Shown here one piece after another: positions 61,400 through 64,000 of a stretch of DNA of 64,000 bases; position 1 is the stretch's first letter; each line of letters starts with the position of its first letter. The DNA is from Bugula neritina (taxonomy: Eukaryota; Animalia; Bryozoa), in NCBI GenBank assembly GCA_964035545.1, contig OZ037765.1:31743504-31807503 (forward strand). Direction: 5' to 3'. The translations under genes were made by a program, and so were the position numbers. The notes under the pieces were generated by a model, which was not told where the DNA came from, ran no database searches, and saw nothing but the letters and a program-made list of their open reading frames with translations.

Positions 61400-61910
61400 T
61401 GAAATTCACGGTGACGTATCACTATCACTATGAGTATGAGTATCGTACAAATTAATTATGAGTATGAGTATCACTATGACATTAACTCAATCAGTGATTG
61501 ACTATTACTATGAATATGACTGTGCATAACTCAATGAGAATATCAATATGAATATGGCTTCTAATTCTTGTAACTTTTGACTATCACTATGATGATGCTG
61601 ATAGTGATAATCACTGCCAGCCCAAGTATCATACTCATAGTGATACTATTACTATTGTCTATTAGTATTAATAACTAGTATTACTATTAGTACAACTACT
61701 AGTACTGTACTAGTATTACTCATAGTTCTGATAATGATGGAGATAATAGTTTTAAAAGTTCTACTTCTACTTTTATAGTAACTGTGAGCTAGATTGTATA
61801 TGTTGAACTCTACTCATTTTTTACTACTAATGCTAATACTAATAGTAATAGTAATACTAATAATTATAGTTGTTATAATGATAGTAATACTAATAGTAAT
61901 AATAACTATT
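61400..61910. repeat. Low-complexity (ATGAGT / ACT / AATAGT)-type repeats
   Basis: Direct reading. Confidence 0.7.
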
Positions 61911-62619
61911 TCAATTTGATAATTTATGTTTTACAACAGCATTATCGCTTATCAATTACATTGGTTCATAATATGATTATTTTAATTTTGCTTTGTGTGT
62001 TTTTTCATGTTGTAAATTTAAGTTCGTATGGTTATTTAATGAACTAGAGAACTAGCCAAATGTTATGTACCGATTGCAATAATTTACTATAAACTCAGTG
62101 AAATTTAAAACCTAATTGATATTACTATGACATTGATTGTACAGAGGTAGCTAAAATATACATTAAATTACCAATAATTTTAACTCGCCAATACACTATG
62201 AGTAGAACAGTCAAATGCAATGATAGAAAATTAATTAGTCATAGCAGCCCGTTGCTTGAGGAACATTGAGCTACAGGTCTAAAATGATTTAGTTTTGTGA
62301 TCCCTTATATAACAAAATAATTTTTTTTAAACTGGTTTAATACTTTTATTATAAACACGCTTATCAAAGTAACATGCTTTTGATGTATATTCTATTAAAA
62401 AAGCAATCACATCAGGTTTTCAATTTGTATGTTGTACAAAGTTTATTATGGTGACAAGTTACTAAATTATATGGTTCAGCTTTGTAAAGTAAAGCTGATA
62501 AAATAAATACAATTATGTGATTGTTTTACTGCTATATATTAAATTTAAATGAGTTGAATAATATCCTAGTGCATTGAATTAGATATTTTTTTTAGCTTTG
62601 GTACACCTGTTTGTTATAG

Positions 62620-63220
62620 GCTAACATTCCACCAATAGAAGAATGGTGCAAGTAGAAGAAATTTCAGGTGCAGAAAGCTAAGGAGCAGTCAGAATGCTGC
62701 CAGAGTTGTGAAGAGGCACTTGAAAAAGCTGAATTTCAATAATGACATGAAATTCGTAACAGATCACCCTGGTGTAATTGAACTGACATGGCCAGCAGAG
62801 TTCTCGAAGTCACATACAACAGCTATTTACATCATCATGGTTAGCTTAAATGTAATTCCTATATCAGTCTCTAATATATAGTTTGATATCTGCTGTAAAT
62901 TCGCTTAAGGAGCATACACATAACCAAAACTGAGTTACACTATAGTATTTGTTCTTGAATATATTTACCAAGATAAGTAGATTTGCTAATTCATTAACAG
63001 TAAAATTATAATGATACAACAATTTTTCTTTTAGATGATTCAATCAATAACATAAGACACTACAACATGGTTTTGCAGTTATAGAGTATTAATTTTCTGG
63101 CTCTTTCCAAATCTTCATAGAAGGCAAAGAAAACCACCGTCAGCTTGCCTTTATAACTGAGTGCACGCGTCTTCCACCTACAGATGATGATTAACAATTT
63201 GCTGGTGTGGAACTTTCTAA
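62620..63220 (+). pseudogene. Decayed P2X7 C-terminal 'ballast'/nanor/KolX-like Cys-rich gene, probably a transposon accessory gene
   Basis: Manual translation gives ordered blocks EEWCK*KKF...SECCQ, VTDHPG, RVLEVTYNSYLHHHG, then (after a probable intron) FCSYRVLIFWLFPNLHRRQRKPPSACLYN*V and QFAG. Contains stops and frameshifts. Confidence 0.6.
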
Positions 63221-64000
63221 TTTTGTTTACAATGAAGATAGATTATAGGACATTATTCTTTATGTAAAGATTGTCAAGTTTTGTTATAATTAAGAACAGT
63301 TTTAGTTTCAATAAATCAGTTCAACATTATGGACATCATTGCACAAACATTTTAATCTTTACTATCTACAAAGGTATCTGATGGACTACTTAAAAATACA
63401 AAACTATGCTCCAGATACACAATGCACTGACCAGCAAAGTTAAAATGAGTTGGAGATGTAGAACATAATATCTTGTTCAAGGCTTTTCCCTGCTGTTGGA
63501 ACCTTCTACTTCAGAACACTGAATTGAACAAACATATGTAGATATATGAAACTTTGCAAAAAATAATAATGTGAAATTAGTTGCTAAGTATCACATTGCT
63601 AATAAATACAGCATTGTGTAATGTTTTATTTAATTTTTTTTGAGCCATTGGATCTATAGGCCCGCATAGTATTTACTATATTATAACTAATAAATTGCAG
63701 ACACATTATGTCAGACCAGTTTCCATTTAAATAGAATAGTGTAGGCTATCAAATTTGTAGAAGTAAAAAACCGCATTCATATTTAGTAAAATACTTGCCT
63801 TTTTTTTTCATGATGCCTCTACTGCTAAAAAGAGAAGTTTTTATCAATACAGCTCCATCAATCTGTATCCTGATGAAGCTAGTAGTTTAGGAACAATTGT
63901 GGGGGGGGGGGAGTGTAGGCTGAGCTGCAGTATAGGAAGAACCCCAACATATGTAATCTATTCAGCACATTATATGTATATTTATTCAAAAAAGGATTTA

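Noticed and set aside
60274-64000. Calling D a truncated pseudogene
   Set aside because: No defect was noticed in its eight exons, and the next exon may lie beyond the window behind a transposon-expanded intron.

Overview
AT-rich, intron-rich eukaryotic (animal-like, probably invertebrate) DNA carrying a cluster of four short-type ABCC (MRP; ABCC5/11/12-like, no TMD0) transporter copies. Copy A (minus, 1115-15611) and copy C (plus, 31638-51067) look complete. Copy B (minus, 20706-23264) is a 5'-truncated pseudogene. Copy D (plus, from 55481) shows its first eight exons. Introns and spacers are full of non-autonomous DNA transposons, a tRNA-SINE, microsatellites and long palindromes. Two observations stand out. 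(1) A type I hammerhead ribozyme lies in a 271-bp-period, highly structured retrozyme-like unit embedded in (TA)n exactly where pseudogene B is cut off. (2) The paralogs are mosaic: exon 1, the cytoplasmic-loop exons and the NBD exons are 96-100% identical in the segments counted, while transmembrane exons and most introns are strongly diverged. A decayed P2X7-ballast/KolX-like gene, absent from the ORF track, sits near the right end. All alignments were done by eye; internal exon coordinates are approximate.
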